This document shows positions 17,080-26,495 of a DNA stretch of 64,000 nucleotides, in pieces (position 1 is the first letter of the stretch; the number at the start of each line of letters is the position of its first letter). The notes beneath the pieces are model-generated. The model was not told the origin of the DNA and searched no databases. It worked only from the letters and a program-made list of their open reading frames with translations. Made by a program: the position numbers and the translations under genes. Origin of the DNA: Acidimicrobiia bacterium (GTDB lineage: Bacteria > Actinomycetota > Acidimicrobiia > IMCC26256 > PALSA-555); assembly GCA_046484625.1 (NCBI GenBank), contig JAWOIO010000109.1:1842-65841 (forward strand), written 5' to 3'.

Positions 17080-19446
17080 ATGCGTCCCTCGGCTACCTTG
17101 CCCGACGTGGCCGACCCAGTGCTGACCGCGGCCACCGGCCTCACCGCCGCCGAGGTCGCTGAGCGCATCGCCCGTGGCGCCACGAACGACGCGGGGGTTC
17201 GCACCAGCCGTACCTACATCGAGATCGTCCGCGCGAACGTCTTCACCCGGTTCAACGCCATCCTCGGCGTGATGCTCGGCGTGATCCTTGCGGTCGGGGA
17301 GATCCAGGACGCGACGTTCGGGATCATCCTCGTGGCCAACGCGCTCATCGGCATCGTGCAGGAGGTCCGCGCCAAGCGCACCCTCGACCACCTCGCGGTG
17401 CTCAACGCGCCGCGCGCGCGGGTGCTCCGCGACGGGTCCGTCCTCGACATCGCCGTCGAGCAGGTGGTGCTCGACGACCTGCTCGATCTCCGGACCGGCG
17501 ACCAAGTCCCGGCCGACGCCGTGGTGCGCACCGCGGTCGGACTGGAGATCGACGAGTCGCTGCTCACCGGTGAGGCAGATCCGGTGCACAAGGACGTCGA
17601 CGAGGAGGCGCTCTCGGGGAGCTTCGTCGTGGCCGGGTCGGGCATCGTGCAGGCGACTGCGGTCGGTGCCGACGCGTACGCCACCAAGCTCGCCGCCGAG
17701 GCCCGCCGCTTCAAGCTCGTCGAGTCCGAGCTCGTGGCGGGCACGAACACCCTGCTGCGGTGGATCCAGTACGCGCTGTTCCCGGTGTCCGGGCTGCTGC
17801 TCTGGCGCCAGCTCGACAACCACAGCGTCGACGAGGCGCTGGTCGGGACGGTCGCCGGCGTCGTCGGCATGGTCCCGGAGGGCCTCGTCCTGCTCACCAG
17901 CCTCGCCTTCGGGATCGCAACCGTCACGCTCGCCCGCCGAAACGTGCTCGTGCAGGAGCTCCCGGCGGTGGAGGGCCTCGCACGCGTCGACGTGGTCTGC
18001 CTCGACAAGACCGGGACGCTCACCGAGGGCGACGTCGCGTTCGACGACCTCGAGCTGCTCACCGGAAGCGTCGACGACGCGCGCGATGCGCTCGGGGCGC
18101 TCGCGGACGACGAGAACCGGAACGCGACCCTGGCGGCGATCGGTGCTGCCTGCCCCGCTCCGGGATGGGACCGCCAGGATGCCGTGCCGTTCTCCTCGGC
18201 CCGGAAGTGGAGCGCCGCACAGTTCGACGGGCACGGCTCGTGGGTGGTGGGAGCTCCCGAGATGGTGCTCGCCGACCGTCCCGACGACCCGAGCCGGCGG
18301 CGCGCCGACGAGCTGGCGAGCGAGGGTCGGCGCGTCCTCCTGCTGGGACGCTCCGACGCGACGCTGGCCGGCGAGGAGCTCCCGGCCGGACTGGAGGCGG
18401 TCGCCCTCGTGCTGCTGGAGGAGAAGGTCCGCCCCGACGCGGCCGACACACTGCGGTACTTCGAGGAGCAGGGGGTCGCGCTCAAGGTCATCTCGGGCGA
18501 CAACCCGCGCACCGTGGGCGCGGTGGCGCGTCGGGTGGGTCTCGACGGCGCCGATCGTGCCGTCGACGCTCGCGAGCTCCCCGACGACGTCGAGGCGCTG
18601 GCCGACATCCTCGAGACCGAGAGCGTGTTCGGACGGGTGACCCCGCAGCAGAAGCGCGCGATGGTGGGTGCGTTGCAGTCACGCGGCCATGTCGTCGCCA
18701 TGACCGGTGACGGCGTCAACGACGCCCTTGCGCTCAAGGACGCCGACATCGGGGTCGCGATGGGCTCGGGTGCCGCGGCGACCCGAGCCGTGGCCCAGTT
18801 GGTGCTCCTCGACGGGAAGTTCGCCACGATGCCTGGGGTCGTCGCCGAGGGTCGTCGGGTCATCGCCAACATCGAGCGGTCGGCGAACCTGTTCGTCACC
18901 AAGACCGTCTACGCGATCCTCATCGCGATCGTGGTGGTCATCCTCGGGTGGCGCTACCCCTTCCTCCCGAGGCACCTCACGATCGTCAGCACGTTCACCA
19001 TCGGGATCCCCGGGTTCGTGCTCGCGCTCGCCCCGAACACGCGGCGCTACATCCCCGGCTTCCTCGAGCGGGTGATGCGCTTCTGCGTCCCCGCCGGTCT
19101 CATCGCGGGGACCGCTGCGCTTGCCGCCTACGGCGTCGCCTTCTACGAGGAGAGCCTGCCGCTCAAGGAAGCCCGCACGACGGCGACCCTGGTGCTCGCC
19201 GCGGTCGGCCTCTGGGTGCTCGTGCTCCTCGCGCGGCCGTTCAACTGGTGGAAGGCAATCCTCGTCGCCGCGATGGCCGGCAGCATCGCGCTCATCCTCG
19301 TCATCGAGCCGCTGCGGGAGTTCTACGCCCTGCACCTGCCCGACACGCGGGTGCTCGGATGGGCCGCGCTCATCGCGGCGGCGGCGATCCTCGCGCTCGA
19401 GGTGGTCTGGCGCAGCTCGCGCGGGGTCCGACGCTCGACGACGTGA
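17080..19446 (+). CDS. Cation-translocating P-type ATPase (P2-like, HAD-IC)
   Basis: ATG at 17080 in ORF 16987..19446. Motifs LTGEA, CLDKTGTLTEG, MTGDGVNDALALKDADIGVAMG; multiple TM helices. Confidence 0.85.
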   Translation: MRPSATLPDVADPVLTAATGLTAAEVAERIARGATNDAGVRTSRTYIEIVRANVFTRFNAILGVMLGVILAVGEIQDATFGIILVANALIGIVQEVRAKRTLDHLAVLNAPRARVLRDGSVLDIAVEQVVLDDLLDLRTGDQVPADAVVRTAVGLEIDESLLTGEADPVHKDVDEEALSGSFVVAGSGIVQATAVGADAYATKLAAEARRFKLVESELVAGTNTLLRWIQYALFPVSGLLLWRQLDNHSVDEALVGTVAGVVGMVPEGLVLLTSLAFGIATVTLARRNVLVQELPAVEGLARVDVVCLDKTGTLTEGDVAFDDLELLTGSVDDARDALGALADDENRNATLAAIGAACPAPGWDRQDAVPFSSARKWSAAQFDGHGSWVVGAPEMVLADRPDDPSRRRADELASEGRRVLLLGRSDATLAGEELPAGLEAVALVLLEEKVRPDAADTLRYFEEQGVALKVISGDNPRTVGAVARRVGLDGADRAVDARELPDDVEALADILETESVFGRVTPQQKRAMVGALQSRGHVVAMTGDGVNDALALKDADIGVAMGSGAAATRAVAQLVLLDGKFATMPGVVAEGRRVIANIERSANLFVTKTVYAILIAIVVVILGWRYPFLPRHLTIVSTFTIGIPGFVLALAPNTRRYIPGFLERVMRFCVPAGLIAGTAALAAYGVAFYEESLPLKEARTTATLVLAAVGLWVLVLLARPFNWWKAILVAAMAGSIALILVIEPLREFYALHLPDTRVLGWAALIAAAAILALEVVWRSSRGVRRSTT

Positions 19447-19481
19447 GCCCGCGCCTCGTTTCGGGCGTCGGGGTCCGGGTG

Positions 19482-20174
19482 TCAGACCGCAGTGCCGATG
19501 AGCTCGCCGACGAGCGCGGTCGCGGCCATCGCGATGCCTCCGCCGAGCAGCACCCGACCCGCAGCGCGTCCGACCTTCGCCCCGCCGAGCTTCCCTCCGA
19601 CACCTCCGGTGAGTGCGAGGACGACGAGGGAGGCGACCGCGATGAGGGCGATCCGGGTGTCGTCGTTCGCGACGAGGAGCGTGAGCAACGGCACCGCGGC
19701 GCCGAGGATGAAGCTGATGGCCGAGACGATGGCCGCCTGCCAGGGCCGGGCGGTGGTCTCCTCGGTCATCCCGAGCTCGTCGCGGAGGTGCGCCCCGAGT
19801 GGGTCGACCTCGTGGAGCTGGACCGCGACCTGACGGGCGAGGTCGGGATCCAGGCCCCGTTGCACGTAGATCTGGGCGAGCTCGTTGAGCTCGAGCTCGG
19901 GAGAGCGGGCGAGCTCGCGCTTCTCCTTGCTGATGTCGGCGAGCTCGGTGTCGCGCTGGGAGCTCACGGAGACGTACTCACCCGCCGCCATCGACATCGC
20001 TCCAGCCGCCAGACCTGCGAGCCCCGCGACCGCGATCGCCGTGCCGGTGCCGTTCGACGCCGCGACGCCGATCATCAGGCTGGCGGTCGAAACGATCCCG
20101 TCGTTGGCTCCCAACACCGCCGCGCGCAGCCAGCCGACGCGCGTGTATCGATGGCGTTCACGGTGGAGCAGCAT
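19482..20174 (-). CDS. VIT1/CCC1 family iron/manganese transporter
   Basis: Internal ATG (MLLHRERH) of ORF 19482..20342. Motifs GANDGIVSTASLM and AGEYVSVSSQ..E. Its start overlaps the corA stop (TGATG). Confidence 0.8.
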   Translation of the reverse strand: MLLHRERHRYTRVGWLRAAVLGANDGIVSTASLMIGVAASNGTGTAIAVAGLAGLAAGAMSMAAGEYVSVSSQRDTELADISKEKRELARSPELELNELAQIYVQRGLDPDLARQVAVQLHEVDPLGAHLRDELGMTEETTARPWQAAIVSAISFILGAAVPLLTLLVANDDTRIALIAVASLVVLALTGGVGGKLGGAKVGRAAGRVLLGGGIAMAATALVGELIGTAV

Positions 20175-21172
20175 CAGACCCAGTTCTTCCGTTTGAAGTA
20201 GAGGTACATAGGAACACAGAGGACCAGCGTGACCCCGCCGACGGCGAGGAAGCCCGAGCCCCACGAGAGGCCGGGGGCGTCGCGGAAGTTCATCCCGAGG
20301 ACTCCGGTGACGAGCGTGGCGACGAGGAAGATCGCACCCCACGCCGCGATCTTCTGCTGCACGAGGCTCATCCGGTTGGAAGCGAGCGAGAGCTCGGCGT
20401 CACGCAGGCTGGTGAGGACGTCGCGTTGGCTCTCGACGAAGTCGCCGACCCGGAGCACGTGGTCGGCGAGGTCCTGGAAGTGGACGAGTGCGCCGTCGTC
20501 GATGTACGGGACCTCACGACGCACGATCTCGGCAACGACATCGCGCAACGGGATCGCGGCGCGGCGGAACCGCACGAGTGACTTGCCGAGCGCGAACAGC
20601 TGCATGGGGCGCGGCGTGGTCGTTCCCTCGCCCCGCTCGTCGGCGAGGACCGCTTCCTCGGCATCGTCGAGCTGATCGTCGACCTGATCGGTGACGACGA
20701 AGTACCGGTCGACGATGGTGTCCAGGAAAGCCCAGAGGAGGAGGCCGACCGGCGCGTCGTCGTACCCGTCGAGCTGGAGCTCGAACACGCGGCGGACGTG
20801 ACCGGTCGGAAAGGCGCCGGGGTCGGCATCATCGGGTGCCTGGCGCACGGACAAGAACCACGTGGTGCCGAGCACGATGTCGACCTCGCGCGTCCGGAGC
20901 CCGTCGTCGTGCAGCGCGCAGTCGTACACGGCGATGTGGGAGTGCGTGTCGTAGTGCGCGAGCTTCGTGCGCTGGCCGGCCTTGGTGAGGTCCTCGCGCA
21001 CGAACTCGTTGATGTGGAGCACGTCGAAGACGGTGGCGAGCTCGTCGGAGGTGGGGGCTTCGCAGTCGATCCACACCACGCCGGACCTTGCGGTCGAGTC
21101 GGCGGCGAGGTCATCGAGCGTCCGGGGCTCTGGCTCGATCGAGCCGGGTGCGTACCGGAGGATCTCGATCAC
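20174..21172 (-). CDS. corA: CorA family magnesium/cobalt transporter
   Basis: 332-aa ORF. C-terminal two TM helices with a GMN motif (VLGMNF) and a basic tail. Confidence 0.85.
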   Translation of the reverse strand: MIEILRYAPGSIEPEPRTLDDLAADSTARSGVVWIDCEAPTSDELATVFDVLHINEFVREDLTKAGQRTKLAHYDTHSHIAVYDCALHDDGLRTREVDIVLGTTWFLSVRQAPDDADPGAFPTGHVRRVFELQLDGYDDAPVGLLLWAFLDTIVDRYFVVTDQVDDQLDDAEEAVLADERGEGTTTPRPMQLFALGKSLVRFRRAAIPLRDVVAEIVRREVPYIDDGALVHFQDLADHVLRVGDFVESQRDVLTSLRDAELSLASNRMSLVQQKIAAWGAIFLVATLVTGVLGMNFRDAPGLSWGSGFLAVGGVTLVLCVPMYLYFKRKNWV

Positions 21173-21252
21173 GGTTCCAGCCTAGGACTTGGCACCTCGA
21201 CCATCGGTCCTGCGGTCGAGCGAGCGACGGCCGCGCCCGTCGGTGGAGATCG

Positions 21253-21696
21253 TCAGTCGACGACCTCGACGCGCAGCGCGACCCGCAGGCCGGTGAGCCA
21301 CGTCGGCACGTCTCGGTGGGCCAGGAGCGCGGCGCACGCGTCGAGCAGCGAGACGAAGCCCACCGAGTCCCGGCCGTCGTGGACGAGTAGCACCCGGTGG
21401 CCGTGGCGCATCATCGAGTCGATGGCCTCGAGCGCGGTGGCGCAGGGGTCGATGGTGACCGGGTCGGGTGTGGCGAACGCGGCGACCGCAGCCCGGGGGG
21501 TGTCGGCGCGGGCGACGGCCCGGACGATGTCGTGCTCGGTCAGGATCGCGCCCCGTGCGCCGACCAGGACGGCAGGGGCGCGGGAGCGGAGCATCGCCTG
21601 GGCGGCGTCCTCCAGCGTCGCTCGCTCGTGGAGCACGACGACCGGGAAGAGCCGGACGTCGCAGACCCGGACGGTGGGCGCACCCTCGGGGGTCAT
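21253..21696 (-). CDS. CBS-domain pair protein (Hrp1-like size)
   Basis: 147-aa ORF with two CBS-like repeats (..AVLVG..GAILTEHDIVRAV.. and ..RVLLVHDGRDSVGFVSLLD..). Confidence 0.7.
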   Translation of the reverse strand: MTPEGAPTVRVCDVRLFPVVVLHERATLEDAAQAMLRSRAPAVLVGARGAILTEHDIVRAVARADTPRAAVAAFATPDPVTIDPCATALEAIDSMMRHGHRVLLVHDGRDSVGFVSLLDACAALLAHRDVPTWLTGLRVALRVEVVD

Positions 21697-22235
21697 CGCT
21701 CGGGACCGCCCGTGAGCCCGGCTTCCAGCGCGACCGCGAGGTTCTGCAGGAAGGCCCGGACGCCGGTCTCGACGACCCGATGGACCAGGGCCGGATCGGC
21801 GGTGGCCGACTCGGGCACAGGGTCATCGAACGGTGCGTCGGCGGGGCGGTTGAGCGCCTCAGGGCTGCGGTAGCTGGCGCTGAGGACGAGGTCGGAGGCG
21901 CTCAGCCCGATCGGCGCGATCTCCAGGTCACCGCTGATCGCCGGGAACCAGGTGCACTCGACGTCGTTCTCCCAGAAGATCGGCACGACGAGCCCCCGAA
22001 CGCGGGAGCGGACCGCGCCGCGATCGAGGCGCACACCCGGGGCGGCCTCGATCGAGGCACCCGCGTCGTTCGTGGGGTCAGGGGCTCCGACGAGCGCTCG
22101 CGACACCCTCGCGGCCTCGCACACGGCCTCGTCGACGATCGGGCCGAGCCACCGGGGATCGCGCAGGAACCACGGCGCGACGCTCTGGAACGGCCGTGCG
22201 ACGTGGATGAAGTCCCGAACGAACATGCAGTCCAC
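21693..22235 (-). CDS. Hypothetical protein (possibly SRPBCC-like)
   Basis: 180-aa ORF with high GC3. Its stop overlaps the CBS gene start (ATGA). No motif recognised. Confidence 0.45.
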   Translation of the reverse strand: MDCMFVRDFIHVARPFQSVAPWFLRDPRWLGPIVDEAVCEAARVSRALVGAPDPTNDAGASIEAAPGVRLDRGAVRSRVRGLVVPIFWENDVECTWFPAISGDLEIAPIGLSASDLVLSASYRSPEALNRPADAPFDDPVPESATADPALVHRVVETGVRAFLQNLAVALEAGLTGGPER

Positions 22236-22302
22236 GATCCCGCTCGGGCCCGAGGATCGGCAGGGCCGAAGGTCACAGTGCGGGCGTGGCCTTGGCCCAC
22301 GC

Positions 22303-23568
<1,266 letters not shown>

Positions 23569-24375
23569 CTAGCGCTGGTCGGCCTGGTCGGCCTGGTCGC
23601 GGATCCGGGCCGCGTAGACCGCGGCCTGGGTCCGCCGCTCCATCCCGAGCTTCGTGAGCAGGTTCGAGACGTAGTTCTTCACGGTCTTCTCGGCCAGGTG
23701 CACCTTCTCGGCGATCTGACGGTTCGTGAGCCCGTCGGCGATCAGGTCGAGGATCTTGCGCTCCTGGCTCGTGAGCCGGGCGAGGCGCTCGTCGGTCTCC
23801 GGCCCCGAGCGGAGCCGCTCGAGCACACGGGCGGTGACCGCCGGGTCGAGCAGCGACTGGCCCAGCGCGACCTGGCGGATGCCGGCCACGAGGTCCTGAC
23901 CCTTCACCTGCTTGAGCAGGTAGCCGGCGGCACCGGCCATGATCGCCTGGAACAGTGCCTCGTCGTCGGCGAACGACGTGAGGATCAGGCACTGGATCTC
24001 GGGGTGGTGGGATCGGATGTCGCGGCACACCTCGACGCCGCTGCCGTCGGGGAGTCGCACGTCGAGCACCGCCACGTCGGGCCGGGTCGGCGGGATCCGC
24101 GAGAGCGCCTCCTCGGCCGTCCCGGCCTCGCCGACCACGGTGAGGTCGCCCTCGGCCTCGAGCAGGTCGCGCAGTCCGCGCCGCACGACCTCGTGGTCGT
24201 CGACCAGGAACACCCGCACCGGCTCGCCGGTGCTCGCGGGCTCGTCGGGCGCGGATCCGGTGGTCGTGGGCTTGGGCGTCTTGGGCTTGGGCGTCTTGGG
24301 CTTGGGCGTCTTGGGCTTGGTGGTCGTGGGCTTGGGCGTCTTGGCCTTGGCTGGCACCGAAGGAGTCTTACCCAC
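23569..24375 (-). CDS. NarL/LuxR-family response regulator, DevR/DosR-like, with Lys/Pro/Thr-rich N-terminal extension
   Basis: Distal part of ORF 23569..25230. Motifs VFLVDDHEVVRRGL, RPDVAVLDVRLPDGSG, LILTS, LAEKTVKNYVSNLLTKLGMERRTQAAV. The start is uncertain: GTG at 24375 or 24357, or at the receiver-domain GTG near 24216. Confidence 0.85.
   Translation of the reverse strand: MGKTPSVPAKAKTPKPTTTKPKTPKPKTPKPKTPKPTTTGSAPDEPASTGEPVRVFLVDDHEVVRRGLRDLLEAEGDLTVVGEAGTAEEALSRIPPTRPDVAVLDVRLPDGSGVEVCRDIRSHHPEIQCLILTSFADDEALFQAIMAGAAGYLLKQVKGQDLVAGIRQVALGQSLLDPAVTARVLERLRSGPETDERLARLTSQERKILDLIADGLTNRQIAEKVHLAEKTVKNYVSNLLTKLGMERRTQAAVYAARIRDQADQADQR
24259..24351. repeat. 15-bp tandem repeat, about 6 copies, encoding (KTPKP)n on the minus strand
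   Basis: gggcttgggcgtctt is repeated from 24268 with two variant units (gggcttggtggtcgt). The minus-strand frame AAG-ACG-CCC-AAG-CCC has G or C at every third position. Confidence 0.85.
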
Positions 24376-24486
24376 GGTCGTCCTGCGATCCAGGGACCAA
24401 TGACCTTCGGCCCGTGACCCTGGACCCTTGGCGCCCGCGACGGATGCGGCGACGATCGGCACACGACAACGTCGAGGGGAGCCGCG

Positions 24487-25116
24487 ATGCGGGTGTTGGT
24501 GGTGGGCACGATGCCCGGGGTGATGGCCGAGACCGCGGAAGCGCTGGGTGCGGCCGGGCATGCGGTCGTGCGATGCCACGAGGATGCCCACGCGTTCCCG
24601 TGTGCCGGGCTGGAGCCCGGTGGGAGCTGCCCGATCGAGGACGGGCCTGTCGACGTCGTGGTGGCAGCCCGTGACCACGCGTGGCCACGGCCGTCCCCGT
24701 TCGAGGACGGGGCCGTGTGCGCGCTGCGCCGTCACATCCCGATGGTGGTGACGGGTCCGACGACCGCGCTGCACCCCTACGGACCCTTCGGGGCAGTCGA
24801 GGTGCCGCCCGATGGTGACCTCGTCGCCACCTGCGAGGAGGTCGTGGCCGCGCCGCTCGAGGAGCACAGCCAGATCGCCTTCGACAACGCCCGGACCGCC
24901 CTCGAGCTCGCGGGTGTGGACACCACGGACCTGCGCGCGACCGTACGCCATCGCCTGGCCGAGCACGGTGGTGGGTTGGTGGTCGAGTTGCACCTGCCCG
25001 CGGTGCTTCCCGAGTCGCCGAGCGGCCTGCGTTCGAACCTGGTCGCGAAGGTGGTCGGCGCGTTGCGCCTCCACGACCCGTACGCGGCGACGATCGACGC
25101 GTCCATCGTCACCTGA
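24487..25116 (+). CDS. Hypothetical protein (Cys/His-rich N-terminal half)
   Basis: 209-aa ORF with an RBS-like gaggggag upstream and high GC3. Sequence RCHEDAHAFPCAGLEPGGSCP...AVCALRRH. No family recognised. Confidence 0.5.
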   Translation: MRVLVVGTMPGVMAETAEALGAAGHAVVRCHEDAHAFPCAGLEPGGSCPIEDGPVDVVVAARDHAWPRPSPFEDGAVCALRRHIPMVVTGPTTALHPYGPFGAVEVPPDGDLVATCEEVVAAPLEEHSQIAFDNARTALELAGVDTTDLRATVRHRLAEHGGGLVVELHLPAVLPESPSGLRSNLVAKVVGALRLHDPYAATIDASIVT

Positions 25117-25180
25117 CCCGAGTACCATCGACCCGATTCCGGGCCCCACCCTCGGGTCCCGCCACCAGGAGGCGCGCACC

Positions 25181-26461
25181 ATGGCGGTCGATGTCGCAGA
25201 TCTCAACGCGGAGCAGCTCGTCGAGCGCACGCTCTCGTGGCTGGCCGATGTGCTCCCCGACGGTTGGATGCAGGCGATCGACGCCGGGGATCTCGACGCG
25301 TGGGGGAAGCTGCGCGCCGACCTCGACTACGACACCTGGTGCAAGCAGCTCGGTGAGGCCGGGTACGCCACGCCGACGTGGCCCGCGGAGTACGGCGCCG
25401 GACTGTCGTTGAACCCGGGTCAGGCGAAGCACGTCAACGAGACGCTGAACCGGTACCGCGTGCCGCGCCCGTTCAACATCATCGGCATCGGGATGGGGGG
25501 TCCGACCCTCATCGCGTGGGGCACCGAGGAGCAGAAGCAGCGCCATCTCCTTCCCCTCGCCACGAACGAGGAGATCTGGTGCCAGCTGTTCTCGGAGCCG
25601 GGCGCCGGATCCGACGTGGCGGGGCTCGCCACCCGTGCCGTCCGCGACGGCGACGAGTGGGTCATCACCGGGCAGAAGGTCTGGACCACGCTCGCGCACC
25701 TGTCGCGGTGGGGGATGCTGCTCGCGCGCACCAACCCCGACGTCCCGAAGCACAAGGGCCTCAGCTACTTCGTCCTCGATATGCAGGCACCCGGGGTCGA
25801 GGTCCGCCCGCTCGTGCAGATCACGGGCGACGCGGAGTTCAACGAGGTCTTCATGGAGGAGGTCCGCATCCCGGACACGATGCGGGTCGGTCCTGAGGGA
25901 GAGGGGTGGCGCGTCGCGATCACCACCCTGATGAACGAGCGCATCGCCCTGTCCGGTGCCGGCTCGCTGTCGGGGGATGCCTCGGGCGGGAGCCCGAGCG
26001 AGCGCCTGATCGCGCGGCATGCGCCCACGACCGATCCGCTTGATCGCCAGCGGCTGGCCCAGCTCTACATCGAGGATCGGTTGATCAAGATCACCAACCA
26101 GCGCGCCGCCGCGAAGCGCAAGACGAGCGGCGAGGCGGGCCCGGAGGGCTCGATCACCAAGCTGATGCAGGCCGAGTTCAACCAGCGCCTCCAGGACGTG
26201 GCCCTCGGCCTCGAGGGCCCGCTGGGCGTCGCGTGGGACGGGAAGCCGCTCGTCGGTGACCGGGCGATGGGCTTCCTGAGCAGCATCGGCGAGAACGCCC
26301 GCGACACGGCACGGTCCTTCTTGCGCGCGCAGGCGAACACGATCGAAGGCGGGACCTCGAACGTGATGCGCAACATCCTCGGCGAGCGCGTGCTCGGCCT
26401 CCCCAAGGAGCCGGACAGCTCTCGCGAGACGCCCTGGAAGGACGTCCCGAGGTCGGGCTGA
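25181..26461 (+). CDS. Acyl-CoA dehydrogenase family protein
   Basis: ATG at 25181 after the RBS aggagg, inside ORF 24812..26461. Motifs QLFSEPGAGSD.A.L.TRA, W.ITGQK.WTT, and a C-terminal EGGTSNVMRNI. Confidence 0.85.
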   Translation: MAVDVADLNAEQLVERTLSWLADVLPDGWMQAIDAGDLDAWGKLRADLDYDTWCKQLGEAGYATPTWPAEYGAGLSLNPGQAKHVNETLNRYRVPRPFNIIGIGMGGPTLIAWGTEEQKQRHLLPLATNEEIWCQLFSEPGAGSDVAGLATRAVRDGDEWVITGQKVWTTLAHLSRWGMLLARTNPDVPKHKGLSYFVLDMQAPGVEVRPLVQITGDAEFNEVFMEEVRIPDTMRVGPEGEGWRVAITTLMNERIALSGAGSLSGDASGGSPSERLIARHAPTTDPLDRQRLAQLYIEDRLIKITNQRAAAKRKTSGEAGPEGSITKLMQAEFNQRLQDVALGLEGPLGVAWDGKPLVGDRAMGFLSSIGENARDTARSFLRAQANTIEGGTSNVMRNILGERVLGLPKEPDSSRETPWKDVPRSG

Positions 26462-26495
26462 CCGGGCGCGTGCTGTCGGATCGTAGGTCGTCGCG

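Noticed and set aside
24393-24427. DosR-box in the spacer upstream of the DosR-like regulator
   Set aside because: GGGACC/GACCC motifs are present, but as direct repeats. The 20-bp GGGAC-N-GTCCC palindrome of the mycobacterial DosR box is not present.
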